From the NCBI GenBank assembly GCA_018971685.1, contig JAGXAG010000003.1:24366-88365 (forward strand): a DNA stretch of 64,000 bases, written 5' to 3'. Position 1 is the stretch's first letter. The number at the start of each line of letters is the position of its first letter. This DNA comes from Patescibacteria group bacterium. Lineage in GTDB: Bacteria; Patescibacteriota; Minisyncoccia; Phycocordibacterales; PALSA-1337. A program made the position numbers and the translations under genes. This document shows positions 41,892 through 50,457 of this stretch, piece by piece. The notes under the pieces were generated by a model. It was given only the letters and a program-made list of their open reading frames with translations. It was not told where the DNA came from and did not search any database.

Positions 41892-43187
41892 ATGTCGAAA
41901 TTCCAAATAACAGTTATCGGTATCTTCATAGTCGCAATAATCGCCGGAGTGGCAGTCTTCGCTACTTACAAAGGTGCGGGAAGTTCAAGCACCCAACTGC
42001 CGCCCATAACGGTTTGGGGAACTTTTCCGGCGGACACTTTCAACAATTATGTTGCAAAAATAAACCAAACGCTGTCCGCGCCATTGGGCATTACCTATGT
42101 GCAAAAAAGCCAGTCGGCATTTTCGGACGACTTCGTCAGAGCGTTGGCGGTTGGGCAGGGGCCTGATGCCATTTTGGTGCCGGCGGACATGCTTCTGCCG
42201 CAAATGAACAAGATAACGCCGATACCTTATACCGCCTTGTCGCAGAGAACATTCATGGACTCGTACATCAACGAAGCGCAGATTTATCTTTCCAATAATG
42301 GCGCATTGGCGGTTCCATTTGTGATTGACCCGCTGGTGATGTATTGGAACAAGGACATGTTCGCGGCGGCCGGCCTGGCATCATATCCCAAGTATTGGGA
42401 CGAATTCACGGCCTTAAATAAAACGCTGACGCAAAAAGACCAAAACGGCAATATCAGGCGCTCGGCGATTGCTATGGGCGACTTTAACACGGTTCTTAAC
42501 GCTCGCGAACTTCTAGGTACACTATTCCTTCAGTCCGGCAACACCGTGACTTCCATAAGCTCTACCGGCGCGGTTACTAGCGCGCTTTCAAATTCCGGAC
42601 CGACAAATCTGTCATCAGCACTTCAATATTTTACACAATTTGTCAATCCGAACAGTTCGAATTATTCTTGGAATGGCGGAATGACTGATTCGAAAACAGC
42701 ATTTCTTTCGGGCACGCTGGCGACTTATTTTGGTTTTGCTTCGGAATTGGGCGACATTAGAGCCAAGAATCCAAACCTGAATTTTGATGTCGCGCCTATA
42801 CCGCAATGGCGTTCTGGCGGCCAAAAAGCTACTTACGGACGCATGTATGGATTTTCATTAGTGCGCGCCTCATCCAACCAAAACGCCGCTTATCAGACTA
42901 TCGCCATTTTGACCAACCAGGCCAATCTTTCCATGTTGTCCCAGATGACTTATCTGCCGCCGGTCAGTTCGTCCTTGATAGCTCAAGGATCTTCTGATCC
43001 GTATATGACGATCTTTGACCAAGCGGCGCTCATTTCCCGCACCTGGTTTGATGCCGACCAAGCGCAGTCGTATCAGATATTCGGCAATATGGTTAACGCC
43101 GTCGTGAGCGGCGCCAAGAATGCGAGTGACGCGATCAATGACGCTTCGGATCAGTATAATGTGGTGTTGGGGCAGGCGACGCAGTGA
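41892..43187 (+). CDS. membrane-anchored extracellular solute-binding protein, family 1-like (orphan)
   Basis: N-terminal TM anchor (ITVIGIFIVAIIAGVAVFATY) and an SBP_bac_1-like body (ITVWG, DAILVPADML, IDPLVMYWNKDMF). No permease or ATPase genes are adjacent. The track start is TTG 41826. ATG 41892 is preferred. Confidence 0.55.
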   Translation: MSKFQITVIGIFIVAIIAGVAVFATYKGAGSSSTQLPPITVWGTFPADTFNNYVAKINQTLSAPLGITYVQKSQSAFSDDFVRALAVGQGPDAILVPADMLLPQMNKITPIPYTALSQRTFMDSYINEAQIYLSNNGALAVPFVIDPLVMYWNKDMFAAAGLASYPKYWDEFTALNKTLTQKDQNGNIRRSAIAMGDFNTVLNARELLGTLFLQSGNTVTSISSTGAVTSALSNSGPTNLSSALQYFTQFVNPNSSNYSWNGGMTDSKTAFLSGTLATYFGFASELGDIRAKNPNLNFDVAPIPQWRSGGQKATYGRMYGFSLVRASSNQNAAYQTIAILTNQANLSMLSQMTYLPPVSSSLIAQGSSDPYMTIFDQAALISRTWFDADQAQSYQIFGNMVNAVVSGAKNASDAINDASDQYNVVLGQATQ

Positions 43188-43203
43188 TTTGCGATTTACG
43201 AAT

Positions 43204-43557
43204 ATGGCGACATTAAATCCATTTGATCCACATTTCAAACTATCGGTATGCGATGGGCCTGCTGGTGCACCCGGAGTAACGACTCCCTGTGATTTCGCCG
43301 GACTGATGGCCCAGGCGCAATTTCTCATAAATGCCATGATCATACTGGGCGTTTTGGCGGCTGTCGTCAGCTTTACTTATGCCGGATATCTGTACATTAC
43401 CGGCGAAAGGGGCAAAATCGAGCACGCCAAGGACATCTTCCGCAAAACCGGCATTGGGCTTATAATGATGCTAACTGCCTGGTTTATCGTCTATCAGCTC
43501 TTGAGCTGGCTCGCCAGCAATCCAGGCGTGACGGCGCTGTTAGGGAGTCCGAATTAA
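43204..43557 (+). CDS. small two-TM protein, VirB2/TrbC-pilin-like paralog 1
   Basis: TM1 AMIILGVLAAVVSFTYAGYLYI, basic loop GERGKIEHAKDIFRK, TM2 IGLIMMLTAWFIVYQLLSWL. Paralogous to the five following ORFs. The track start is 43120. ATG 43204 avoids overlap with the upstream gene. Confidence 0.5.
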   Translation: MATLNPFDPHFKLSVCDGPAGAPGVTTPCDFAGLMAQAQFLINAMIILGVLAAVVSFTYAGYLYITGERGKIEHAKDIFRKTGIGLIMMLTAWFIVYQLLSWLASNPGVTALLGSPN

Positions 43558-43569
43558 CATATAATTCAA

Positions 43570-44043
43570 ATGAATTTTCAGTACAAAAAATTATTAGTTG
43601 CCGGCCTGGCACTATTTGCCGCAACGGCTTTTACTTGTACCGCAACAGCTAAGACAAGTGGCCAAAGCGTTGGCCCGGCCAATACTTCCGGCCAAACAGG
43701 CGGACCAAGTACGCAAACTACGCAGACGGTAACTTTGCAGAACCCTCTTAAAGTCAATTCTGTCGGTGCCGCGATAAGCGAAGGAACGGCGATATTCAGT
43801 TATGTCGCAGTATTGGTTGCTGTTCTGGCTCTTATCTGGGTTGGATTGCAATTTATTCTTGCCAGAGGAAATACCGCCAAAATATCTGAATTGAAAAATT
43901 GGCTATGGGCCATAGTCGTCGGTATCGCTATAGTCATAGGCGCGCGCATAATAATACAAATTGTGGTAAACACTTTGGGCGCTACCAATCTGATAAACCA
44001 GAATGTAATACAAAGCGCCAGTCAAGTTATTAACGGCCAATAA
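43570..44043 (+). CDS. secreted small two-TM protein, VirB2/TrbC-pilin-like paralog 2
   Basis: Signal peptide MNFQYKKLLVAGLALFAATAFTCTATA. TM1 IFSYVAVLVAVLALIWVGLQFIL, loop ARGNTAKISELKNW, TM2 LWAIVVGIAIVIGARIIIQIVVNTL. Confidence 0.55.
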   Translation: MNFQYKKLLVAGLALFAATAFTCTATAKTSGQSVGPANTSGQTGGPSTQTTQTVTLQNPLKVNSVGAAISEGTAIFSYVAVLVAVLALIWVGLQFILARGNTAKISELKNWLWAIVVGIAIVIGARIIIQIVVNTLGATNLINQNVIQSASQVINGQ

Positions 44044-44065
44044 AATTATAAATTAATAAAATAAA

Positions 44066-44476
44066 ATGAAAAAAAACTTTCGTCTTGCCGTTTCTGCAAT
44101 CGTCGTCTCAATACCGTTTGTCGTATTTGCACAGACAAAGACAAATACTCTAAGCGATCTAATATCCCTGGTGACAAGCTACCTAAACAAGATATTACTC
44201 CTGCTTATGGGCTTCGCCGTAGTACTTTTCGTGTATTACATCATCCAATATTTTCTCAGACCGGCGGAAAAGAGAGCGGAAGGCGCGAAATATCTTATGT
44301 GGAGCATTACAGGTTTTTTTGTGATTTTATCTTTCTGGGGGATAGTCAATGTATTACAGAATACTTTCAACCTGAACAGCAATCGTCCGTCTTCATGGAG
44401 TGATTTCTTCAACATATTTCCGACGAATACAGGTACCAATACAAGCGGTAGCAGTCTCTATAGCGGTAATCAATAA
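44066..44476 (+). CDS. secreted small two-TM protein, VirB2/TrbC-pilin-like paralog 3
   Basis: Signal peptide MKKNFRLAVSAIVVSIPFVVFAQ. TM1 ILLLLMGFAVVLFVYYIIQYFL, loop RPAEKRAEGAKY, TM2 LMWSITGFFVILSFWGIVNVLQNTF. C-terminal N/S/T/G-rich tail. Confidence 0.55.
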   Translation: MKKNFRLAVSAIVVSIPFVVFAQTKTNTLSDLISLVTSYLNKILLLLMGFAVVLFVYYIIQYFLRPAEKRAEGAKYLMWSITGFFVILSFWGIVNVLQNTFNLNSNRPSSWSDFFNIFPTNTGTNTSGSSLYSGNQ

Positions 44477-44482
44477 ACAGCC

Positions 44483-44938
44483 ATGCCTCCAATAAACCAG
44501 ATAAACAATGCCAATGATGTAGTGAAATTCCTGGTATCAGTGGGTAATGTGATTATTTACTTACTTATCGCCGCAGCCGTGGTTTTCATTGTCTGGAATA
44601 CAGTTGTCTATTTCGTGAGAGGTAAACAGGGCGATGAGAACCGCAAAGAAGCCGGCCAGCACATTATGTGGGGCATAATAGGGCTAGCCATCATCTTGTC
44701 GGTTTGGGGATTGGTAAACATCGTGCTGAATACTTTTGTGACTAATAATAATGTTCCTACCAATAAATTTCCTACAGCTGATTTCATCAATAATAACCAA
44801 AACACCGGCTCGAGCGGCTTTAGCGGAAGTTATCAGAATCAGGTCTTGCCTCCGGCGGCCGGAATACCAGATCAGATGAATTATGGCAATCAGCCGCCTA
44901 CAAGCACCTTGCCTCCGGCGGCCAACTATCCGAATTAA
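44483..44938 (+). CDS. small two-TM protein, VirB2/TrbC-pilin-like paralog 4
   Basis: TM1 VIIYLLIAAAVVFIVWNTVVYFV, loop RGKQGDENRKEAGQH, TM2 IMWGIIGLAIILSVWGLVNIVLNTF. Long N/Q/P/G-rich C-terminal tail. Confidence 0.55.
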   Translation: MPPINQINNANDVVKFLVSVGNVIIYLLIAAAVVFIVWNTVVYFVRGKQGDENRKEAGQHIMWGIIGLAIILSVWGLVNIVLNTFVTNNNVPTNKFPTADFINNNQNTGSSGFSGSYQNQVLPPAAGIPDQMNYGNQPPTSTLPPAANYPN

Positions 44939-45039
44939 TGATGTTAAAAGTAATCCACAGAACGATCCTTGTGTCGTAAAGCAGATAAGTTGTATCATTA
45001 AACAGTAAATATTATTATCAATAATTAGAGATTCATAAC

Positions 45040-45432
45040 ATGAAAAAATTAATTGCAGCTATCATTTCGTTTTCTCCAGCCCTGGCCATGGCGCAGACGG
45101 CGCCGATCACAGATGTCAATTCCCTGACATACAAACTGATCGGCATAGGCAATGTCATTTTGTATTTGCTTATTGCCGCGGCGGTCATCTTCATCGTCTG
45201 GAATATAGTGATGGTTCTCATAAAAGGGTCCGATCCCGAAGCAAAGAGCGGCGCATGGAAAAATGTCGGATGGGGCGTAGTGGGCTTGGCGATCATATTG
45301 TCCATCTGGGGTTTGGTCAACATACTGACAAATACTTTCCGTACGACTCCCACTTATCAAGCAATCCCGAATATCGGGAACAATGTGAGCAACGGCGGTA
45401 TTCCTGCCAATCAGATGCCGGTGGTCCAATAG
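45040..45432 (+). CDS. secreted small two-TM protein, VirB2/TrbC-pilin-like paralog 5
   Basis: Signal peptide MKKLIAAIISFSPALAMAQ. TM1 VILYLLIAAAVIFIVWNIVMVLI, loop KGSDPEAKSGAWKN, TM2 VGWGVVGLAIILSIWGLVNILTNTF. Confidence 0.55.
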   Translation: MKKLIAAIISFSPALAMAQTAPITDVNSLTYKLIGIGNVILYLLIAAAVIFIVWNIVMVLIKGSDPEAKSGAWKNVGWGVVGLAIILSIWGLVNILTNTFRTTPTYQAIPNIGNNVSNGGIPANQMPVVQ

Positions 45433-45433
45433 C

Positions 45434-45733
45434 ATGTCTGGCCTGCTGTCATATTTTGTACCTCGAGCGAACGCGGCCGTAGATGCGGCCGCGTTCGGCA
45501 AAGTGCTCGATCCGGTGATAACCAATATCGTCAATCCGATCATTGAATTGCTTTTTGCTGTAGGCATATTTGTATTTGCTTTCGGTATTGTGGAAATGAT
45601 TGCCCACGGCGATGATTCGACTGCGCGGGAAAAAGGCAGGTGGCATATGCTTTACGGAGCGATAGGGATGTTCATCATGCTCTCGGCCTGGGGGATCATA
45701 CATTTGATAGCTAATACGGTGAAAAGCATTTGA
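45434..45733 (+). CDS. small two-TM protein, VirB2/TrbC-pilin-like paralog 6
   Basis: TM1 IIELLFAVGIFVFAFGIVEMIA, loop HGDDSTAREKGRWH, TM2 MLYGAIGMFIMLSAWGIIHLIANTV. Starts 2 nt after paralog 5. Confidence 0.5.
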   Translation: MSGLLSYFVPRANAAVDAAAFGKVLDPVITNIVNPIIELLFAVGIFVFAFGIVEMIAHGDDSTAREKGRWHMLYGAIGMFIMLSAWGIIHLIANTVKSI

Positions 45734-45800
45734 ATTAATTTTTGTATTTTACGCAAGAATAAAAAGCCGCGTGCAGAATGCGCGCGGCTTTGTGGGTGGC

Positions 45801-46280
45801 CTACTTTACCCAGATCCTGATCATTACCGGACCCTTCGCAGAGTCAATGTCTTTCGCGGTCATCTGGAACCTTTTGATTCCGGAGGTTGTAAAGTGCGAC
45901 CCTGGTTCGACAATATGGTCAACAGCGTGGTTGTCCAAATCGATGACATGGATTTCATCTGCCCACCCGTTCTCAACCCTGAAATACCAATCCATGTCGT
46001 TTGGTATTTCAAAGATCTTTGATGGTTCGGAAGTCAGCGTAATTACGACAGATTTGCCGTTTCCGATAATCCGCTTTTTGTCTTCATCGCCAATGCTACC
46101 AGAACTGGTGGTTCTGAAATAACTTACAGCGACAACAAACAAAACGAACATGATGATCAGGCCGACTTTCTTCGACGGAGTGTCGTAATACTTCCGCCAT
46201 TTACTGCCACCGGAAGACGGAGCCGTGCCACCTAATGGCTTACCGCCGAACTCCTCGTTCACTATGAATGTGTCTGCCAT
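45801..46280 (-). CDS. hypothetical membrane-anchored protein
   Basis: N-terminal Gly/Ser-rich segment, one TM (VGLIIMFVLFVVAVSYF) and a 100-aa C-terminal domain. No family recognised. Confidence 0.4.
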   Translation of the reverse strand: MADTFIVNEEFGGKPLGGTAPSSGGSKWRKYYDTPSKKVGLIIMFVLFVVAVSYFRTTSSGSIGDEDKKRIIGNGKSVVITLTSEPSKIFEIPNDMDWYFRVENGWADEIHVIDLDNHAVDHIVEPGSHFTTSGIKRFQMTAKDIDSAKGPVMIRIWVK

Positions 46281-46289
46281 GGTACACCT

Positions 46290-47267
46290 CTATTTCTTGT
46301 TTTTGTCTTCTTTTTTCTTGCTACCGAATAAGTTTTCTGGAATGAATCCACCAACACTTTGCAGGTTCTCCAAACCGCTTACATCAAAGACCTTGAATTC
46401 CGCCTTACCGTCGATTGCCAACAGAGCATTCAGTGCTTGCTTGCCGGTTATCGGTTTATCTTCTGTCTTACCGGCTTCGACAAGAGCTTTTACAGCTTCT
46501 CCGCTTTTTTTCGCTATCGCTTGAAGTTCGGCGGCGTGTTGGAATTCGTCACTGAGTGTTATGTTTCTGATTGTAAGTTCGGATGTAGCCAGACCACACC
46601 GCTTTTCTGTAGGGTGGGATTTATGGTCCCCGCCATAAATGTCTCCGAACCACTTATCCAACTCGTTCATATGTTGTATGGCGTTTTCCTGATTGACACC
46701 ACGGAGTTTCGCTTGTAACTGGCTTTCCGTGCCGGCAACAAGTATTTGCCGAGACTCGTCTTCGGTATTCCTTACCAGATTACACAAGAAACCTCGCAAT
46801 GCTTTTAACACCATTACATAACTCACTGTGAGCTTAATGTTATCCAGTGAATATGCAGTAATTGGTTTATCTATCGTGAACTGTCTACGCAGATCTACGA
46901 AGATTGCATTTTGCCAAGGCCATTTCGGATGCAGGCCCGGCCCGACTTCTTCCAGCATCCTTGTCTTTCCCAGATCCATTGGATCGGAATCTGTCGCAGG
47001 CTTCTTGTAGCTCAAGAACCTATTGGACAATACTGCGCCGTGAAAATCGGCCACATTTGCGGTGAAAAGGTTAATGCCTCTCACAAAACAAATGATTATC
47101 GTCCAAAAGGCGGTTGCAAGTATCAAGGACCAAACGGTGGTTAATCCTTGGAACAGCAACCCGAATCCCACCGACAATAAAGTGATTGCCACAAGCTGTT
47201 GAGCTCCTACAGCAACCCACATCATTGTCTCCCTAGCGTTACTTCTGCACATATCTTCATCGTTCAT
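46290..47267 (-). CDS. SPFH/band 7 (stomatin/prohibitin/flotillin/HflKC) domain membrane protein
   Basis: Two N-terminal TM helices, then an SPFH core (..VDLRRQFTIDKPITAYSLDNIKLTVSYVMVLKA..FQHAAELQAIAKKSGEA). Confidence 0.65.
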   Translation of the reverse strand: MNDEDMCRSNARETMMWVAVGAQQLVAITLLSVGFGLLFQGLTTVWSLILATAFWTIIICFVRGINLFTANVADFHGAVLSNRFLSYKKPATDSDPMDLGKTRMLEEVGPGLHPKWPWQNAIFVDLRRQFTIDKPITAYSLDNIKLTVSYVMVLKALRGFLCNLVRNTEDESRQILVAGTESQLQAKLRGVNQENAIQHMNELDKWFGDIYGGDHKSHPTEKRCGLATSELTIRNITLSDEFQHAAELQAIAKKSGEAVKALVEAGKTEDKPITGKQALNALLAIDGKAEFKVFDVSGLENLQSVGGFIPENLFGSKKKEDKNKK

Positions 47268-47730
47268 GGTGACCTTGTTGTTGTGAACCTCTCAAATCTT
47301 GGGAGGTTCCGGTTTAGAATGTCAATGCGGTGCTCATACGAGAACCGCGAACAAGTTTAATTAAAAATTAGCATCTTTTATTAGAAATGTCAAATTTTGC
47401 AAAAATACTAATCTTCACAGATTCACTTGGCAGATAATGCTGCTCGACATTGCACGAGAAATAGGAACCTTTTGGAAGACTAATAAAGCCCATATTTGGC
47501 TACCAAATATCAAGCAGGGTTTCTTTGGAATTACGAGGCCGACTGAGGCTGAGATGGCGAAGTGTTGCTAGTCTTTCAGAGAGATAACTTGAAGGCCTTT
47601 ATCATCAATATCTTGTCGTGGCCAAAACTTTGTAAGATCGTCTATCTTCCACTTACCAACATAGCCCACTTGTGGTCCTGATATGACGGATAAAAAGGCC
47701 GAAAAAACGGCTATCATTAGTCTCAAAGAA

Positions 47731-47801
47731 GATACCACGCAGTTTCCCGAAGTAACGGGAAATTTACGGGAAGAAAATATCAAATTGGATACCACGCAGT
47801 T
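47731..47801. repeat. 14-bp direct repeat GATACCACGCAGTT x2 (57 bp apart) in a 0.7-kb non-coding stretch
   Basis: Read directly. A CCCG-aagtaa-CGGG mini-hairpin lies between the two copies. Confidence 0.45.
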
Positions 47802-47906
47802 GCCATAAAATGAGTTAACCCTGGAAGACATATCCAAGGAAGATATAGGACTAGGAAACGCAACATTATGAATAAATTTCCAATAATCTTAGGAGTAATA
47901 AAAGTT

Positions 47907-47938
47907 AAACCCCACTCAGCCGAAGCCTTGTGGGGTTT
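47907..47938 (-). terminator. hairpin AAACCCCAC-(14 nt)-GTGGGGTTT, likely terminator of the minus-strand gene 47964..48308
   Basis: 9-bp perfect stem. On the minus strand it is followed by a T-rich run (AACTTTTATTACTCC). Confidence 0.5.
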
Positions 47939-47963
47939 GTGTTCGAGATTGTCGAACAGGTGT

Positions 47964-48308
47964 TTACTTGCGAGAACGACTGGCACTCGCACCGCTGCTA
48001 CCGAGGGAGGACCCTGCGCCGAGCAGGAAGCCGAAGTTATACCATCCGCCGTTGTTGCGGATTTCATAAATGCTTACATTATCCGAAAACAACGGGACGA
48101 TAAACATGATCGGGCAGATCATGCCATGCCAGAGGCCGCGCCAGAAACCGGCGATGTTGCCGACTTCGTTAGCCGTATGGACCCGAGGGATTGTGTCCCG
48201 CAGCGCAACCGGCCATGAAGCGGCATCAAATATCAAGCAATAAAAGACAAAACCCACAAAATGTGAGGTTTCGTCACTAGGGCTTTGCATAGAGCTAGAA
48301 ACTGCCAA
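47964..48308 (-). CDS. hypothetical small membrane protein
   Basis: 114-aa ORF with two hydrophobic segments (VGFVFYCLIF, ICPIMFIVPLF) and a convincing downstream hairpin terminator. Confidence 0.4.
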   Translation of the reverse strand: MAVSSSMQSPSDETSHFVGFVFYCLIFDAASWPVALRDTIPRVHTANEVGNIAGFWRGLWHGMICPIMFIVPLFSDNVSIYEIRNNGGWYNFGFLLGAGSSLGSSGASASRSRK

Positions 48309-48391
48309 CCAGATATGTGATAGTCAGTAGATGTAAAACAAAAGAGCGCGGGGCATTCCGAAGAATGCACACCGCGCCCGTGAATCCGATG

Positions 48392-49873
48392 TCACCAACG
48401 ATCGAATTTCAATCGAAGCGTTGATGATTGGACTCCCGGCCTAAGCCGGAGTCGTAGCTCCTTGTGAGGTATTCTGCCTGTGGGCTTAACCTCACCCGAA
48501 GTCGGTTGTACGATTTTCCCGTCAAGGGCTGCATCGTACTGATCCGCATTGGCACTCATGTGAATGCCAAGTCCCCAGCCGTTGGGGATGACGACTTCTA
48601 CATCGTCTCCTGCGTAGACTGTAGTCTCCGGGAGCGTGAAGCCGTCTATACCGCTATCCACCAAGCACTGTGCCGGCTTTATCACCCTCGTTGGTCCGAA
48701 GTCTTTCGGCCACTGTTTGGCGGTCGTTTGATTATCACCGACCGATGTCGGAGTCGAACCACTGCGCCGTGCCGGTTCGCCATTGATCATGACAACATTG
48801 CTGTTGCCGCTGATCACGACATTGCCGTGTCCGACGACGATGAAGTTACCGTTGCCGTCAACACTACCGCCTGTGTTCGATGGAATAGGTGATGGCGCCG
48901 GCGTCACCACTGATGCTGTTGCAGGACCGGCGTTACTCACTTTGCTCGCCTTTTTCGTGAGCCTGTCTTTAATCGACAGGGCGAGTAACACGATTATTCC
49001 ACATGCCGTTATACCAACCAACGGACCAAACCACCCTGTCCCAACTACTTTTTGTAGTTTTTTGGTCATGCCACGGACTAACCAGTGGGACTCTTCTTTT
49101 TGTTGTTCTGTAGTCGGAGGTACCGGTGGAACCGTTGGGGTAGGCGCCGGTGCAGGCGTCGGTTGCGGTATCGGCTTCCTGGAAGCCAGTTTTGCCGTTT
49201 CAGCCGCGTGATGTCTCCGAAGCTCGGAAACAACCTCCTGCAGCTTGTCCCATTCCGGGTTTGCGTTGGACGCCTTGAACGAGTCGATTTGCAGTCCCAT
49301 TTCGTCCATCGCCACCGCCATATCGTTCAGCATCCTTCCGGATGGGATGATAGTTCCCGCTTCGATTTTCATGAGGTTATCCCTAATCCTTTTGAGGCGG
49401 GTCTTTATTATGTTGAACTCTGCCGGCAGTTTCTTTGAGGGAGGCGGCACTGGTGGAACCGGTTTTGTCGGTTCCGGCGCGGGAGTTGGCGGTGGAGGAG
49501 TGGGTGGGACGGGAGCCGGTTTTTCAACCGGTTTCTCCGTGAGGATCTTCCCGTCGTTGCTGATCCAGATTTCCTTTTCCCACTTATCCTCACTTCGCAA
49601 TTCGTCTCCGATCAACGCGTAAACTTCCAAGGAATACGCTACGCCCTTTTTCGGATGTCCCGTGTGCCACTTCAAGAACTCAGTGTCCTTGAGAGTGATT
49701 TGCGAGTTGGGCAGGAATTTTTCGACCATGTATGTTCCCGTCGCGGGAACCTTCTCCCCGTTTTTCGCCATAACTGTGATGGCGAAACCTTTTTGTGGCG
49801 GATATTCTGGACCCGCTGGACCTGCCTGGATCCAGAGAGTACCTTCGGTTATCTTGCAATAATCCTCGTTCAC
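48392..49873 (-). CDS. hypothetical bitopic protein with Pro-rich linkers and C-terminal beta-helix-like repeats
   Basis: Cytoplasmic N-domain, PAPVPPTPPPPTPAPEP and PIPQPTPAPAPTPTVPPVPP linkers, one TM (WFGPLVGITACGIIVLLALSI), then GNGNFIVVGHGNVVISGNSNVVMING repeats. Confidence 0.45.
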   Translation of the reverse strand: MNEDYCKITEGTLWIQAGPAGPEYPPQKGFAITVMAKNGEKVPATGTYMVEKFLPNSQITLKDTEFLKWHTGHPKKGVAYSLEVYALIGDELRSEDKWEKEIWISNDGKILTEKPVEKPAPVPPTPPPPTPAPEPTKPVPPVPPPSKKLPAEFNIIKTRLKRIRDNLMKIEAGTIIPSGRMLNDMAVAMDEMGLQIDSFKASNANPEWDKLQEVVSELRRHHAAETAKLASRKPIPQPTPAPAPTPTVPPVPPTTEQQKEESHWLVRGMTKKLQKVVGTGWFGPLVGITACGIIVLLALSIKDRLTKKASKVSNAGPATASVVTPAPSPIPSNTGGSVDGNGNFIVVGHGNVVISGNSNVVMINGEPARRSGSTPTSVGDNQTTAKQWPKDFGPTRVIKPAQCLVDSGIDGFTLPETTVYAGDDVEVVIPNGWGLGIHMSANADQYDAALDGKIVQPTSGEVKPTGRIPHKELRLRLRPGVQSSTLRLKFDRW

Positions 49874-49980
49874 TGTTCGCTCCTTTGGTTGAGGCCTCTT
49901 TTGTAGAGGCCTGGGTTTATGTCAAACTACGATTTCACTACATTATACACTTTTTGACAGAAATGTCAAGAGTATGATTT

Positions 49981-50382
49981 TTACCTTTCGCCGTGCGTCC
50001 AATTGTCGTAATTCCCATAGTTCTCGCGATTTCCGTAATTTCTGTACCCGCCATATCCGTAATCTCTCTGCGGTGTCTGATAGTATCCGTAATATGAACT
50101 TATATTGTATTGGTAAGGATAATAAACCGATGGTGGCGTTGTCGGCGCACAGGGGCATTGGTAGTATGAGTAAGTAGGATAATAAGTGGGGTAATAGTAA
50201 GTCGGATAAGCTTGGTAAGCCTGATAAGCCGGATAAGCCGGATAATAGCCGTATGAACCGTAGTAATAATAATTGCCGTAATCAGCGTTCGCCGATGTGG
50301 GAATTACGGCCCAGAATGTGAAAGCCGCTATTATCGCCGTTAATGTTGCGCCGAGTGTTTTCATACCGTTAATATCATTCAT
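49981..50382 (-). CDS. secreted Tyr/Gly/Pro-rich low-complexity protein
   Basis: Signal peptide MKTLGATLTAIIAAFTFWAVIPTSANA, then YGNYYYYGSYGYYPAYPAYQAYQAYPTYYYPTYYPTYSYY..YGYGGYRNYGNRENYGNYDN. The track start is TTG 50400. ATG 50382 or 50364 is preferred. Confidence 0.5.
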   Translation of the reverse strand: MNDINGMKTLGATLTAIIAAFTFWAVIPTSANADYGNYYYYGSYGYYPAYPAYQAYQAYPTYYYPTYYPTYSYYQCPCAPTTPPSVYYPYQYNISSYYGYYQTPQRDYGYGGYRNYGNRENYGNYDNWTHGER

Positions 50383-50457
50383 ACACCCGAATCGGTGCAA
50401 AGTAAAGCGCCGCCTCTAGATTAGTCGAGAAGCGGCGCGAGCTAAGGAATTTCACTG

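Noticed and set aside
47568-47837. 89-aa minus ORF spanning the GATACCACGCAGTT direct repeats
   Set aside because: The reading frame simply translates the two DNA repeats into GNCVVS x2. No start context and no homology. The region is treated as non-coding.
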